NCBI GenBank assembly: GCA_965277805.1
Contig: OZ255842.1
Coordinates: forward strand, 4,416,001-4,480,000
DNA length: 64,000 bases
Direction: 5' to 3'
Origin: Candidatus Lustribacter sp.
GTDB taxonomy: Bacteria; Vulcanimicrobiota; Vulcanimicrobiia; Vulcanimicrobiales; Vulcanimicrobiaceae
Shown here in pieces: positions 1 to 9,041 of the stretch; the stretch's first letter is position 1, and each line of letters begins with the position of its first letter. The notes under the pieces were generated by a model. The model saw nothing but the letters and a program-made list of their open reading frames with translations, had not been told where the DNA came from and did no database searches. The position numbers and the translations under genes were made by a program.

Positions 1-306
1 GGCGGGATGCTGCCGTTCTTGCGCTACCGGCTCGACCGGGGCGGCATCCGCAGCGTGGCGGGCGAAGAACTCCCGAGCGTGCAAATGCGAAAATTCTGGT
101 ACGACACCGCCAACGGCGAACCGCGTTCGCTGGCCCACGCCGTCGACGCGTTCGGCATCGACCGCATCTTATTCGGTTCCGACTATCCGTACTGGACCGG
201 CGAATCTTACGGCCACGCGGTCAACTACCTGGGCATGGCCGGACTCTCCGAGGCCGACGTGACCGCGATTCAAAGCGGCAACGCGCAAAAGCTGTTCGCG
301 GCATGA
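1..306 (+). CDS. Amidohydrolase_2 family protein (5' truncated by window edge)
   Basis: GGMLPFL, KFWYDT and ILFGSDYPY motifs; parallels the C-terminus of the ORF at 45436..46404. Confidence 0.85.
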   Translation, partial: GGMLPFLRYRLDRGGIRSVAGEELPSVQMRKFWYDTANGEPRSLAHAVDAFGIDRILFGSDYPYWTGESYGHAVNYLGMAGLSEADVTAIQSGNAQKLFAA

Positions 307-1250
307 ACCGTAAGCACGCACTGGCGACCGGCGCGTTCTTGGCGGCTACCGCAGGGCGCGCACTCGCGCAAACCGCGCCCGCGCTGACGCCGGTACGAAT
401 TGCGTCGACGAACAACGACGACGTAACGGCGGCGCTTTACGCGATCCAGCAAGACGCCTTTCGCAAAGCCGGACTCGACGTCACGCTGAGCGTGTTGAAT
501 AGCGGTTCGGCGATCAGCGCCGCGGTCGCCGGCGGCGCCGTCGATATCGGGCGCTCGAGTATGCTGCCGCTGATCACGGCGCGCAGCAAGGGCATCGCGT
601 TCATGCTGGTCGCGCCGTCCGGGCTGTATCTCGAAAGCGCACCGGACTCGGCGGTGGTCGTGGCGGCGAAGTCGCCGTTACGGACCGTCAAGGACCTCGA
701 AGGCAAGATCGTCTCGAGCCCCGCTCTCGGCGATCTCGACAACCTCGCCTTCCGCAACTGGATCGATGCGAGCGGCGGCAACTCCAAACTCGTGCAGTTT
801 GTCGAGTTGCCCGGATCGGCGGTCGTCGCCGGGCTCACCACCGGGCGCGTCGTGGCGGGTGCACTCCAGAGCCCGTTTTTGGGACAAGGCATCAAGGGCG
901 GCACGGTGCGGCTGTTCGGCTATCATCTCTCATCGATTCGTACGCGCTTGATGCAGTCGGCGTGGTTCACCACCAGCGACTATTTGGGGAAGAACGCCGC
1001 CGTCGTGCGCGCCTTCGCTCAAGTGATGCAATCCGCGTCGGCATATTGCAACACGCATCAGGCGCAGACCGTCGATCTGCTGGCATCGTTCACGAAGATG
1101 GACCCGGCTACGATCGCGGCGAGCACACGCACCCAGTTCGCCACCTCGCTCGATCCCGTCCTGATTCAGCCGATGATCGACACCGCGGCGAAATACAAGG
1201 CGATCGACGCGCCGTTTGAAGCGCGCGACTTCATCGCCCGCGTGATCTAG
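303..1250 (+). CDS. NitT/TauT/SsuA-type ABC substrate-binding protein
   Basis: Signal peptide, F.KAGLDV, SPLRTVKDLEGK, IQPMIDTAAKY; ATGA overlap with the upstream gene. Confidence 0.9.
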   Translation: MNRKHALATGAFLAATAGRALAQTAPALTPVRIASTNNDDVTAALYAIQQDAFRKAGLDVTLSVLNSGSAISAAVAGGAVDIGRSSMLPLITARSKGIAFMLVAPSGLYLESAPDSAVVVAAKSPLRTVKDLEGKIVSSPALGDLDNLAFRNWIDASGGNSKLVQFVELPGSAVVAGLTTGRVVAGALQSPFLGQGIKGGTVRLFGYHLSSIRTRLMQSAWFTTSDYLGKNAAVVRAFAQVMQSASAYCNTHQAQTVDLLASFTKMDPATIAASTRTQFATSLDPVLIQPMIDTAAKYKAIDAPFEARDFIARVI

Positions 1251-2182
1251 ACCGCAGGAACGGCGTCGAGGCGGTCGTCGATCGCGCCGAACGAACCGAA
1301 CGGATTATCCGGATTCGCGTATTCAGCGCGCGGCACGTCGTGATAGATCTCCATGAGGTTGCCGTCGGGATCGATCAGGTAGACGCTGTTGGTTACGCCG
1401 TGATCCATCGTGTGGTGCACGTCGATACCGTTACCTTTGAGGTGACGGTATGCGTGCTGCAGTTGCGCGAACGATGCGAGCTCCATCGAGAAGTGCTCCA
1501 TCCCGAACATCTTTTTGGGCGTGGGCAACGGCGCATTCGTGTCGGTCGATTGCTCGAGCGCGAGCACCGGCTGCGCGTCGGGCGCGCTCGCGAGATACGT
1601 ACGGCCGTGCACATCGGCAACGGGCACGAGACGCAGCATCTCGCCATAGAACGCTCGCGATGCGGGAAGATCGGTGCAGCGCAAGGTCAGGTGGCTGGTG
1701 CGTCGGATGCCGGAGCGCCGGTTGGGTAAGCGTTTCGGATCTTCGGCGGCCGGCGGGGCCTCGAGATCGGTACCGTCGCCTTCGTTGCGGCGGCAGTAGA
1801 ACTCGAGGCGGTTGCCGTCGTGATCGGCGATGACGACGTTGGTAATCGAGCCGAAGTCTTCCGTGCGCACAACCGTCGCACCGAATGCCGGTCCCTGCGC
1901 TTTGATGCGCCCGTAGAGACGGCGCAGATCGTCAAACGCGTTCACTTCGTACGAAATGCTGTCCATTCCGATTTGGCGCGGATCGGGCAGCCGCTCGCCG
2001 CTCTTTCCGCTGCGCACCGCGATCATGTGGTGGTTGCTCACCGGGTTCGCAGTGAGAAAATAGAACGAGCCCTCTTGGCCGTAGGTTTGGAAACCGACGA
2101 CGTCTTCGAGAAATGCCTTCGCGCGCATCAGGTCGGTGACCCGAAGTACCACGTGCCCGGCACGTCTGATCGTGAAGTCCAT
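1247..2182 (-). CDS. Two-domain VOC family protein, probable extradiol (catechol 2,3-type) dioxygenase
   Basis: GHVVLRV and SHLTLRC repeats; MEHFSM and DHGVTNSVYLIDPDGNLMEIY give His/His/Glu metal ligands in domain 2. Confidence 0.8.
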   Translation of the reverse strand: MDFTIRRAGHVVLRVTDLMRAKAFLEDVVGFQTYGQEGSFYFLTANPVSNHHMIAVRSGKSGERLPDPRQIGMDSISYEVNAFDDLRRLYGRIKAQGPAFGATVVRTEDFGSITNVVIADHDGNRLEFYCRRNEGDGTDLEAPPAAEDPKRLPNRRSGIRRTSHLTLRCTDLPASRAFYGEMLRLVPVADVHGRTYLASAPDAQPVLALEQSTDTNAPLPTPKKMFGMEHFSMELASFAQLQHAYRHLKGNGIDVHHTMDHGVTNSVYLIDPDGNLMEIYHDVPRAEYANPDNPFGSFGAIDDRLDAVPAV

Positions 2183-2192
2183 GATGCTGTCC

Positions 2193-3821
2193 TTAGGCTG
2201 CGCTGCCGCGAACGATATCCAGCACGCGTTCCGCGTCGGCTGGCAGTTCGTCCGCGCGCCACGCTACATGTCCGTCGGGCCGGACGAGCACGAGCTGCCG
2301 GTTATAGGTGTGGAAGAGCTGCGGAATGTCGAACGAGTGCACCGTCAATGGTACACCGCGCTTCGCCGCCGCGGCAACAAACACATCGGCTGCGGGCGCA
2401 TTGCGGCTCAAGCGCAGCAGCACGAAGCCGGTCCCGAAGAGATCGAGGATCGACGTCCGTTCGTCGAGCCAGAAGTGCGGCGCCCGGATGCCGGGCCGCG
2501 CGATCGGGTAGTAGGTACGATGATCGTTGAGCGGCGGCGGCGTGCCGTCGGGCACGATCACCGGCGAGTCCTCGTATGAGTAACCGAGCTGCATGCCCGC
2601 GTCTTCGTAGCGCGGCCCGTAATCGTAGCCGCAGTTGGCGCGATCGAGGATCCGCTGCAGCGCGGCGCTCACCTCGGCGCGCACGCGGTCGCCTTCGCTG
2701 CCGCTCTCCAAGATCGCCGGACCGGGCGTGCCGCCGACGGCTTCGTTGTGTTGCCAGCGCCCGGTTGCGGCGCGCACGTTCTGCGTTCCGATCGGTTTGC
2801 GCTCCGTCTCATACGACGGCAAGAGTTCGGGGCCGCCCCAGCCATCGATCACGGCCGCGAGTTTCCAGGCGAGATTCGTCACGTCGCCGATGCCGGTGTT
2901 GAGACCGAAGCCGCCGGTCGGAGAGAGCTGATGCGCCGCATCGCCGAGCAAGAACACGCGTCCCGAGCGATAGCTGCTCGCCACGACTTCGCGCCGCGAC
3001 CACACGATCGCCGAGCGCACCTCGAAGACAAAGTCGCGGCCCATGAAACGCCGCACCCACGCTTCGGCATCGGCTTTGGGGAAGTCCATCGTTTCGAACG
3101 GCTTCGTGATTTGCAAACGCCAAAGCGTAGCGCCGTCGATCGCCAGCACGCTCGCCCAGCGCCCTTCGGGCCCGATCGCCGTATAGAAGCCCGGGCCCTT
3201 GTCGTGCACGCGCAGAAATTCTTCGCTGTAGAAGACGACGTTCGCGTTGAGCGAGAGCGTGCCGGCGCCCTCGAGTTCGATACCGAGCGCCTCGCGAATG
3301 CGCGAACCGGCACCCTCGCAACACGCAACGTAGCGGGCGCGCAGCTCTTCGCGTTTGCCGGTTTGCGTATCGGCGAGCGTGAGCGCCACGCCGTCCGCAT
3401 CTTGGGTGACGCTCTCGCAGCGTGTTTGGTAGCGCCAACGCACCGACGGCAGCGCTTCGGCCGTCCGGCGGAGGATCGGATCGAAGATCGTTTGCGGGCA
3501 GCGCGCGATGCGTTCGGGCGTGGTCGGCGGCGTACGGAATTGCGAAAACGCCGGAAAGGGCTGACGGCCGAGCAGATAACCGGCGAGCGTGGTGACGTAG
3601 ATCAGGTCTTGTGCGTAGTCGGGGTTGAAGCCACGATCGCGAATCTCATCGGCGATGCCCCAGCGCCGGCAGAATTCCATCGTGCGCATGTTGATGTCGA
3701 CGAATTTCGCGTTGCCGACTTGTCCGTCGCCTTGCTCGATCACGACGCAGTCGAGCCCGCGCACGCCGAGTTCGATCGCCGTCGCCAAACCGACCGGGCC
3801 GCCGCCGACGATCGCAATCAT
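2193..3821 (-). CDS. FAD-dependent aromatic monooxygenase (phenol hydroxylase-like)
   Basis: IVGGGPVG, GDAAHQLSPTGGFGLNTG, RAPHFW, LVRPDGHVAWR. Confidence 0.92.
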   Translation of the reverse strand: MIAIVGGGPVGLATAIELGVRGLDCVVIEQGDGQVGNAKFVDINMRTMEFCRRWGIADEIRDRGFNPDYAQDLIYVTTLAGYLLGRQPFPAFSQFRTPPTTPERIARCPQTIFDPILRRTAEALPSVRWRYQTRCESVTQDADGVALTLADTQTGKREELRARYVACCEGAGSRIREALGIELEGAGTLSLNANVVFYSEEFLRVHDKGPGFYTAIGPEGRWASVLAIDGATLWRLQITKPFETMDFPKADAEAWVRRFMGRDFVFEVRSAIVWSRREVVASSYRSGRVFLLGDAAHQLSPTGGFGLNTGIGDVTNLAWKLAAVIDGWGGPELLPSYETERKPIGTQNVRAATGRWQHNEAVGGTPGPAILESGSEGDRVRAEVSAALQRILDRANCGYDYGPRYEDAGMQLGYSYEDSPVIVPDGTPPPLNDHRTYYPIARPGIRAPHFWLDERTSILDLFGTGFVLLRLSRNAPAADVFVAAAAKRGVPLTVHSFDIPQLFHTYNRQLVLVRPDGHVAWRADELPADAERVLDIVRGSAA

Positions 3822-4750
3822 GCGCGATCTTCCCAGAACAGCTCGCTAGGGGTAAGCGGCTTCGTGAATACGCCCTGCTCGAGCCCGTAACTCACGAACG
3901 CTTCGAGCGTGGGCACCATCTTGGCGAGTGCGTAGGGTGCGGGGTCGGGGCCGATCAAGGCGAGCTGCGCTTCGAGTGCTTCGTAGTACCACAGGAGGCC
4001 CGAATCGCGCACGTCTTCCATCGCGGCAAGCCCCATGGTCTTCGCGCGGCAAAACGCGCCGAAGACGGCGCGCACGGTGTCGAGTCGCTCGTGCAGCTCG
4101 CGTTCGCGAAACACGATCACGTTCATCACCGGAACGATGCCGGTCGAACGGAAGTAGGCGCGCTCTTCGGCCGGAGCGCCCGAGAAGAGCCGCTTGACGT
4201 TGCGATGCGCGAGCAGTCGCGTCGGCAGGACGTCGGGATGAACCAGCGCATCGATCTCACCGGCCGCCAGCATCGCCGGTAGATCTGCATCCTTCGCCGT
4301 TGCTTCCAGCACCAGTCCCGGGGGCAACGCGTAAGGCGCCGGCGCGCGCGTTTCTTTGTTCAGCCAATGAATTTTTTCGAGTTGCACGCCGCACTGGTGC
4401 TGCAGCAGCGCGCGTGCCCACACGTTGGCGGTCATGCCGTACCGCGTCCCCACCCGCTTGCCTTCGAGATCGCGCGGATGATCGGCGCGCACCGCATCGT
4501 TGACGAAGATGTACGAATGGCGAAAGGCCGCGCGCAGAAACACCGGCAGCGCGATTACCGGCGCGCCTTGACTGCGGGCCCAGTAGTAGTTGACGAGCCC
4601 GCATTCCATGAAGTCGACGCTCGCCGGCGGATCGAGCAGCGCTTCGAGCCCCAGGTGGGCGTCGGGGACGAACGCGATCTCCGGTTCGACGATGCGGCCG
4701 TCGAAGAGCGCGTTACTCCAATCGTGCCGGCGGCACGCGACCCGTATCAA
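3818..4750 (-). CDS. 4,5-dihydroxyphthalate decarboxylase-like protein (periplasmic-binding-protein fold, no signal peptide)
   Basis: ALFDGRI, ALPVFLRAAFRHSYIFV, DLEGKRVG, TANVWAR, YFRSTGIVP; TTG start 2 nt after the upstream stop. Confidence 0.75.
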   Translation of the reverse strand: MIRVACRRHDWSNALFDGRIVEPEIAFVPDAHLGLEALLDPPASVDFMECGLVNYYWARSQGAPVIALPVFLRAAFRHSYIFVNDAVRADHPRDLEGKRVGTRYGMTANVWARALLQHQCGVQLEKIHWLNKETRAPAPYALPPGLVLEATAKDADLPAMLAAGEIDALVHPDVLPTRLLAHRNVKRLFSGAPAEERAYFRSTGIVPVMNVIVFRERELHERLDTVRAVFGAFCRAKTMGLAAMEDVRDSGLLWYYEALEAQLALIGPDPAPYALAKMVPTLEAFVSYGLEQGVFTKPLTPSELFWEDRA

Positions 4751-4752
4751 AT

Positions 4753-5514
4753 CTAGCCGCCGGCGATCCCCGTGGAACGCATGTAGTAGCGCCACATCGC
4801 TTCGGTGCGATTAGCGCTGATCGGCTTGCCCGGTTCGCCAAGGGCACGATTGAACGTCGCGATGTCCTCATCGGAGATCGGTTGCGGATCGCCGAGCAGC
4901 CGCGCGCGATAGTTCATCTCGGCCAGCTCGTTGAGCGAGATCGCGCGCAGCGCGGCTTCTTCGATCGTCCGGCCGGTGGCGGTGATGCCGTGGCCGCGCA
5001 TCATGCACACGTCATGCGAGCCGAGCGTTGCCGCGAGATCGTGGCCGAGCTGCGGGTTCGAGATCAGCACGCTGCGCTGGTAGGTCGGAATGCCTTCGAG
5101 CATCAGCTTCAACGCCGACGGATCGTAGGCGCCGAAGATCGGCAGCAGCGGCACGCCGGTGACGGTGAATAGCACGACCGTCGGCGGATGCACGTGCACC
5201 ACCGAGACGACGTCGCTGCGCGCGCGATAGACCTCGGTGTGGATGAAGACTTCCTGGGGCGGAAACAAGCCCTCTTTCGCGCCGCTCGCGATTTCGCCGT
5301 CCGGCGTCACCTCGAGAATTTCGTCGACGGTCGTGTAGCGCACTCCGGCCTCGGCCGGACCCCGCGCGCGGATGAGCAAGTTGTCGGAATCGGGCACCCG
5401 CACGCTCAGATGTCCCGTGTTCCCACTCGCTAGGCCCAGTACGCCCAGCACGCAGCACGCGTCAGCCAATCGCTGACGAAGATCTTGTAGTTGACCGGCC
5501 TCGAACGTCGTCAC
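4753..5514 (-). CDS. Class II aldolase/adducin family protein
   Basis: GHLSVR, EVFIHTEVYRARSDVVSVVHVHP, MRGHG; GTG start preceded by GAAGGG. Confidence 0.88.
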   Translation of the reverse strand: MTTFEAGQLQDLRQRLADACCVLGVLGLASGNTGHLSVRVPDSDNLLIRARGPAEAGVRYTTVDEILEVTPDGEIASGAKEGLFPPQEVFIHTEVYRARSDVVSVVHVHPPTVVLFTVTGVPLLPIFGAYDPSALKLMLEGIPTYQRSVLISNPQLGHDLAATLGSHDVCMMRGHGITATGRTIEEAALRAISLNELAEMNYRARLLGDPQPISDEDIATFNRALGEPGKPISANRTEAMWRYYMRSTGIAGG

Positions 5515-5677
5515 ACGGCGCCCTTCGCGGCACGCGGTCGCGTACCCGCTCATACGCCCGAGATGAAGCGCGGCTGAAACGGCGATGAAAATTTGCTCAT
5601 GCGGCGTATGCCGAAGCTCCGATTTGCGTACACTCAAGAGCGCATCATCCACACTCTCTCTTTTGGAGCTATCATTC

Positions 5678-5992
5678 ATGCAAATCAAAGCCCTCATCGC
5701 TGCCACTGCCCTCATCGCTCTAGTTCCAATGGTCGCCAGCGCCGGCGAAGTCGAGAACCGTATTCACGATCAACAAGGGCGCATCAACCAAGGCGTGCAC
5801 AGCGGCACCATGACGTACGGCGAATACCATCGCACCGAGTCGCGTCTCGACCAGCTGCAGGCGCAGCGCAATCGCGACTTGCGCGCCAACGGCGGTCACC
5901 TGACCGGACGCGAAGACGCGCACCTCAACCGCGAAGAGAACAATCTCTCCGACCGTATCTACTTCGACAAGCACAACCGCTTCAACCAATAA
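5678..5992 (+). CDS. Small secreted hypothetical protein
   Basis: GGAG RBS, signal peptide ending ASA, two internal G.(M/L)T..E...L repeats. Confidence 0.75.
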   Translation: MQIKALIAATALIALVPMVASAGEVENRIHDQQGRINQGVHSGTMTYGEYHRTESRLDQLQAQRNRDLRANGGHLTGREDAHLNREENNLSDRIYFDKHNRFNQ

Positions 5993-6155
5993 GTGGCCGA
6001 CGCTTGCCTGCTCTCTACGCCGCTGTGCCGCAAGGGGTGGCGGCGCATGGGGCAGGAAGTCCGTACGGGCGGTGCACCATCAGCAAGGCGAGCCTCTGCG
6101 CGTAACGTCGCTCAACCCCGTTCGCGATGCCAAGTCGATCGGGCACGACGTCGGC

Positions 6156-6614
6156 ATGTCGCGCATCGCGATGGATGCGAAGAACACCGCCCTGCGTCAC
6201 CGCTTCGTGCGGCTGCTCGCCGATGGCGAGTCGGTCGCGATCGCCGAAGGTCAGCGTGAGGCGCGGGTCGCGCAACTGCTCAACGAGTTGAAGTGGGCGT
6301 ACGACGGCATCGTCGATGATCTCGGGACGCTCGAGAAAGCCAAAGACGGCGCCGAACGCCGCGATCAGATCTTGCGCGAGACGCTCGACGAGCTCGCCAC
6401 GATGGCCGAGCTTCAAACGGGCCGCGCCTTCACGACGGCGACATGGCGAGAAACGCTCGATGCCCTCCACGAGCACGTCGAAGGGCTGATCACCGCCGCG
6501 GTGATCGACGCGATCGTCCTGGCCGACATCGACCTGGCGCTCGAGCGTATCGAGCACATCGAAAAGACCGCGGGCGAGGCTTTACGGAGTTATCTCGGGT
6601 ACATCTCCGCCTGA
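6156..6614 (+). CDS. Hypothetical helical protein (start uncertain; 6072 possible)
   Basis: Codon bias fits the genome; stops 1 nt before the SDR start; no motif recognised. Confidence 0.6.
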   Translation: MSRIAMDAKNTALRHRFVRLLADGESVAIAEGQREARVAQLLNELKWAYDGIVDDLGTLEKAKDGAERRDQILRETLDELATMAELQTGRAFTTATWRETLDALHEHVEGLITAAVIDAIVLADIDLALERIEHIEKTAGEALRSYLGYISA

Positions 6615-6615
6615 T

Positions 6616-7368
6616 ATGGGAAGATTGAACGGCCGCTCGATCATCGTGACGGGCGCGGCCCAGGGCATCGGCGCGGTCTATGCCAAAGCGCTCGCCGCCG
6701 AAGGCGCGAACCTCACGCTTTGCGATCTGACGGAGCCGCGCAGCGTGGCCGATGAGATTCGCGCGGCGGGCGGCAAGGCGATCAGCAGAGTCACCGACGT
6801 AACGTCGTCGACCGCCGTTGCGGCGATGGTCAAGGCGACCGTCGACGCGTACGGCACGGTGCACGGCCTCGTGAACAACGCGGCGATGTTCGGTTCGCTG
6901 ACGCTTAGGCCGTTCATGGAGATCGATTCCGAGGAGTGGGACAAGGTGATGGCGGTCAACACGCGCGGTGTATTCGAGTGCGCAAAAGCCGTCGTGCCCG
7001 CAATGCGCAAGCAGAAATACGGGAAGATCGTCAACATCGCGTCGGGCACGCTCTTCAAGGGCACGCCCTGGCTGATGCACTACGTGGCTTCCAAAGGCGC
7101 GGTGGTTGCGATGACGCGCGTGATGGCGCGCGAACTTGGCCCCGACAACATCCTGGTCAACTGTATCGCGCCGGGCCTCACCGTGAGCGCCGCCGTGAAA
7201 GAAACCTATTCGCTCGAAGACATCGCCGCGAACAAAGCCACGCGCGCGATCAAGCGCGAGGAAGAGCCCGAAGACCTCGTCGGTGCGCTCACGTTCTTCC
7301 TCTCAGCCGATAGCGACTTCGTCACGGGGCAAACGCTGCTCGTCGACGGCGGCTCGGTGATGCACTAG
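6616..7368 (+). CDS. Short-chain dehydrogenase/reductase
   Basis: TGAAQGIG, NNAA, YVASK, VTGQTLLVDGG. Confidence 0.95.
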   Translation: MGRLNGRSIIVTGAAQGIGAVYAKALAAEGANLTLCDLTEPRSVADEIRAAGGKAISRVTDVTSSTAVAAMVKATVDAYGTVHGLVNNAAMFGSLTLRPFMEIDSEEWDKVMAVNTRGVFECAKAVVPAMRKQKYGKIVNIASGTLFKGTPWLMHYVASKGAVVAMTRVMARELGPDNILVNCIAPGLTVSAAVKETYSLEDIAANKATRAIKREEEPEDLVGALTFFLSADSDFVTGQTLLVDGGSVMH

Positions 7369-7418
7369 CCCGTCGCGTCGAGCGTTTTCTCGCCGGCCGC
7401 GACCGGCTGCGCGTACTC

Positions 7419-7445
7419 TGTCACGTTCCGGGCCTGGAGAACGTC
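7419..7445 (+). promoter_or_regulatory. ECF41-type sigma promoter
   Basis: TGTCACG-N16-CGTC, versus the known ECF41 consensus TGTCACA-N16-CGTC, directly upstream of the CMD-sigJ pair. Confidence 0.8.
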
Positions 7446-7466
7446 TCTGTGGTGGAGGAACGAAAG

Positions 7467-7949
7467 ATGACCCAAAAACTCAATGTTGCTACCGTCGACC
7501 CCCGCGTCCTGAAACCACTCTACGAAGCCGGCGCCTACGTGGCCCACAGCTCGCTCGAACCGGCGCTCCAGCATCTCGTCACACTGCGCGCGTCGCAGAT
7601 CAATGGCTGCGCGTTCTGCATCGCCATGCACAATCGCGAATTGGCTGCGATCGGCGAAGCGGGCGATCGCGTCTGGGGATTGTCCGCCTGGCGCGAAGCT
7701 TCGTGGTACAGCGAACGCGAACGGGCGGCGCTCGAATGGACGGAAGCGCTCACGCTCGTTGCGAACGGACATCCCTCGGATGAGCTCTACGCCCGCGTGA
7801 GCGAACACTTTGAGGAAAAGGAAATGGTCGCGTTGACGCTGGCGATCACGATGATCAACACCTGGAATCGCTTCAGCATCGGCTTCGGCATGCCGCCGGA
7901 AGCTGCGGAAGACGTGCTCGCGCAACTGCGGACTCCCGTCGCGTCGTGA
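7467..7949 (+). CDS. Carboxymuconolactone decarboxylase / AhpD-like protein
   Basis: LRASQINGCAFCIAMH (CxxC), ERERAALEWTEALT, INTWNR; GGAGGA RBS. Confidence 0.92.
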   Translation: MTQKLNVATVDPRVLKPLYEAGAYVAHSSLEPALQHLVTLRASQINGCAFCIAMHNRELAAIGEAGDRVWGLSAWREASWYSERERAALEWTEALTLVANGHPSDELYARVSEHFEEKEMVALTLAITMINTWNRFSIGFGMPPEAAEDVLAQLRTPVAS

Positions 7950-8791
7950 TCGACGTCGCCGCGCTGCGGCCACGGCTCTTCGGCATCGCCTACCGGATCC
8001 TCGGATCGATCGGCGATGCGGAAGACGTCGTGCAGGATGCCTATATCCGCTGGACCGAGCGCAGCGGCGAGAACGTACGCGACGCTGCCGGGTGGCTCGC
8101 GACGGTGACCGCGCGCATCGCAATCGATCGCGGGCGCACGCTCGCGCGCCGGCGCGAAACCTACGTCGGCGAGTGGTTACCCGAACCGCTGATCGAACGC
8201 GACCCCGCCGCTGAGGTCGACATCGCCGACGACCTGACGATCGGCTTTCTGCGCGTGCTCGAGCGGTTGCGACCCGACGAACGTACGGCGTTGCTCTTGC
8301 ATGATGCCTTCGACTACTCGCATGCCGAAGTCGCCGCGATGCTCGACAAGACCGAAGACGCCGTCCGCCAGATGACTTCGCGCGCGCGGCATCGCGTGCA
8401 CGAGGAGCGGCCGCGTTTCGCAATCGACCGCCGCGCGGCCGCACATGCAGCGCAACGGTTCATCGCCGCGCTGCGCGACGCCGATGTCGATGAACTGCGC
8501 GCCGTGCTCGCCGAAGACGTGATCCACGTCGCCGACGGTGGCGGCCGCGTCAACGCGGGCCGGGCGCCGGTCGTCGGCATCGACAACGTATCGCGTTTGC
8601 TAATGGGCTTGCGCAGCAAGTTCTGGGGCGATCTTGAGATCCGCTCGGCGCGCGTGAACGGGCAACCGGGGCTACTGTTACTTCAACCGGACGGCACGCT
8701 GTTCGCAGCGGCCGGCCTCGATTTTCAGGCCGACCGCATCAACGGCATCTACACGGTCCTCAATCCCGACAAGCTACGCGCACCGCGCTAA
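7946..8791 (+). CDS. sigJ: ECF41 sigma factor (SigJ-like) with C-terminal SnoaL-like extension
   Basis: AYRILGSIGDAEDVVQD, YVGEWLPEP, DGGGR and NPDKL, the ECF41 signature motifs. Confidence 0.92.
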   Translation: MIDVAALRPRLFGIAYRILGSIGDAEDVVQDAYIRWTERSGENVRDAAGWLATVTARIAIDRGRTLARRRETYVGEWLPEPLIERDPAAEVDIADDLTIGFLRVLERLRPDERTALLLHDAFDYSHAEVAAMLDKTEDAVRQMTSRARHRVHEERPRFAIDRRAAAHAAQRFIAALRDADVDELRAVLAEDVIHVADGGGRVNAGRAPVVGIDNVSRLLMGLRSKFWGDLEIRSARVNGQPGLLLLQPDGTLFAAAGLDFQADRINGIYTVLNPDKLRAPR

Positions 8792-8940
8792 GCGGATGCG
8801 CACCATACCGGCAACGCTGCGCTGATGGTTTTTCCGTTCAGGTACGTTGCGCTTCGTACGGTGACGGAAAGCGCTTCCACGATTGCGAGACCGCGGCCAC
8901 CGTCGGCATAGGGATCAGGAAAGGCGGCTTCCAGGGCGGC
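8788..8940 (-). pseudogene. Remnant of an RsbW-type anti-sigma/HATPase_c protein
   Basis: Minus frame reads AFPDPYADGGRGLAIVEALS...GKTISAALP..stop; upstream in-frame TGA near 9020 and no start codon before the motif. Confidence 0.55.
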
Positions 8941-9041
8941 GGTAGTTCGTCCGGCACAAGCCTCCGATGCTACCTCGACCGCCGATACCCTTGCACCACG
9001 GGGCGAAGGAGCAAATTCTCAGATACGGTACCTTCGATTGC

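Noticed and set aside
4753-7368. Complete vitamin B6 degradation cluster
   Set aside because: The aldolase-fold protein and SDR are only family-level matches; no pyridoxine oxidase, lactonase or MHPCO-sized oxygenase is present
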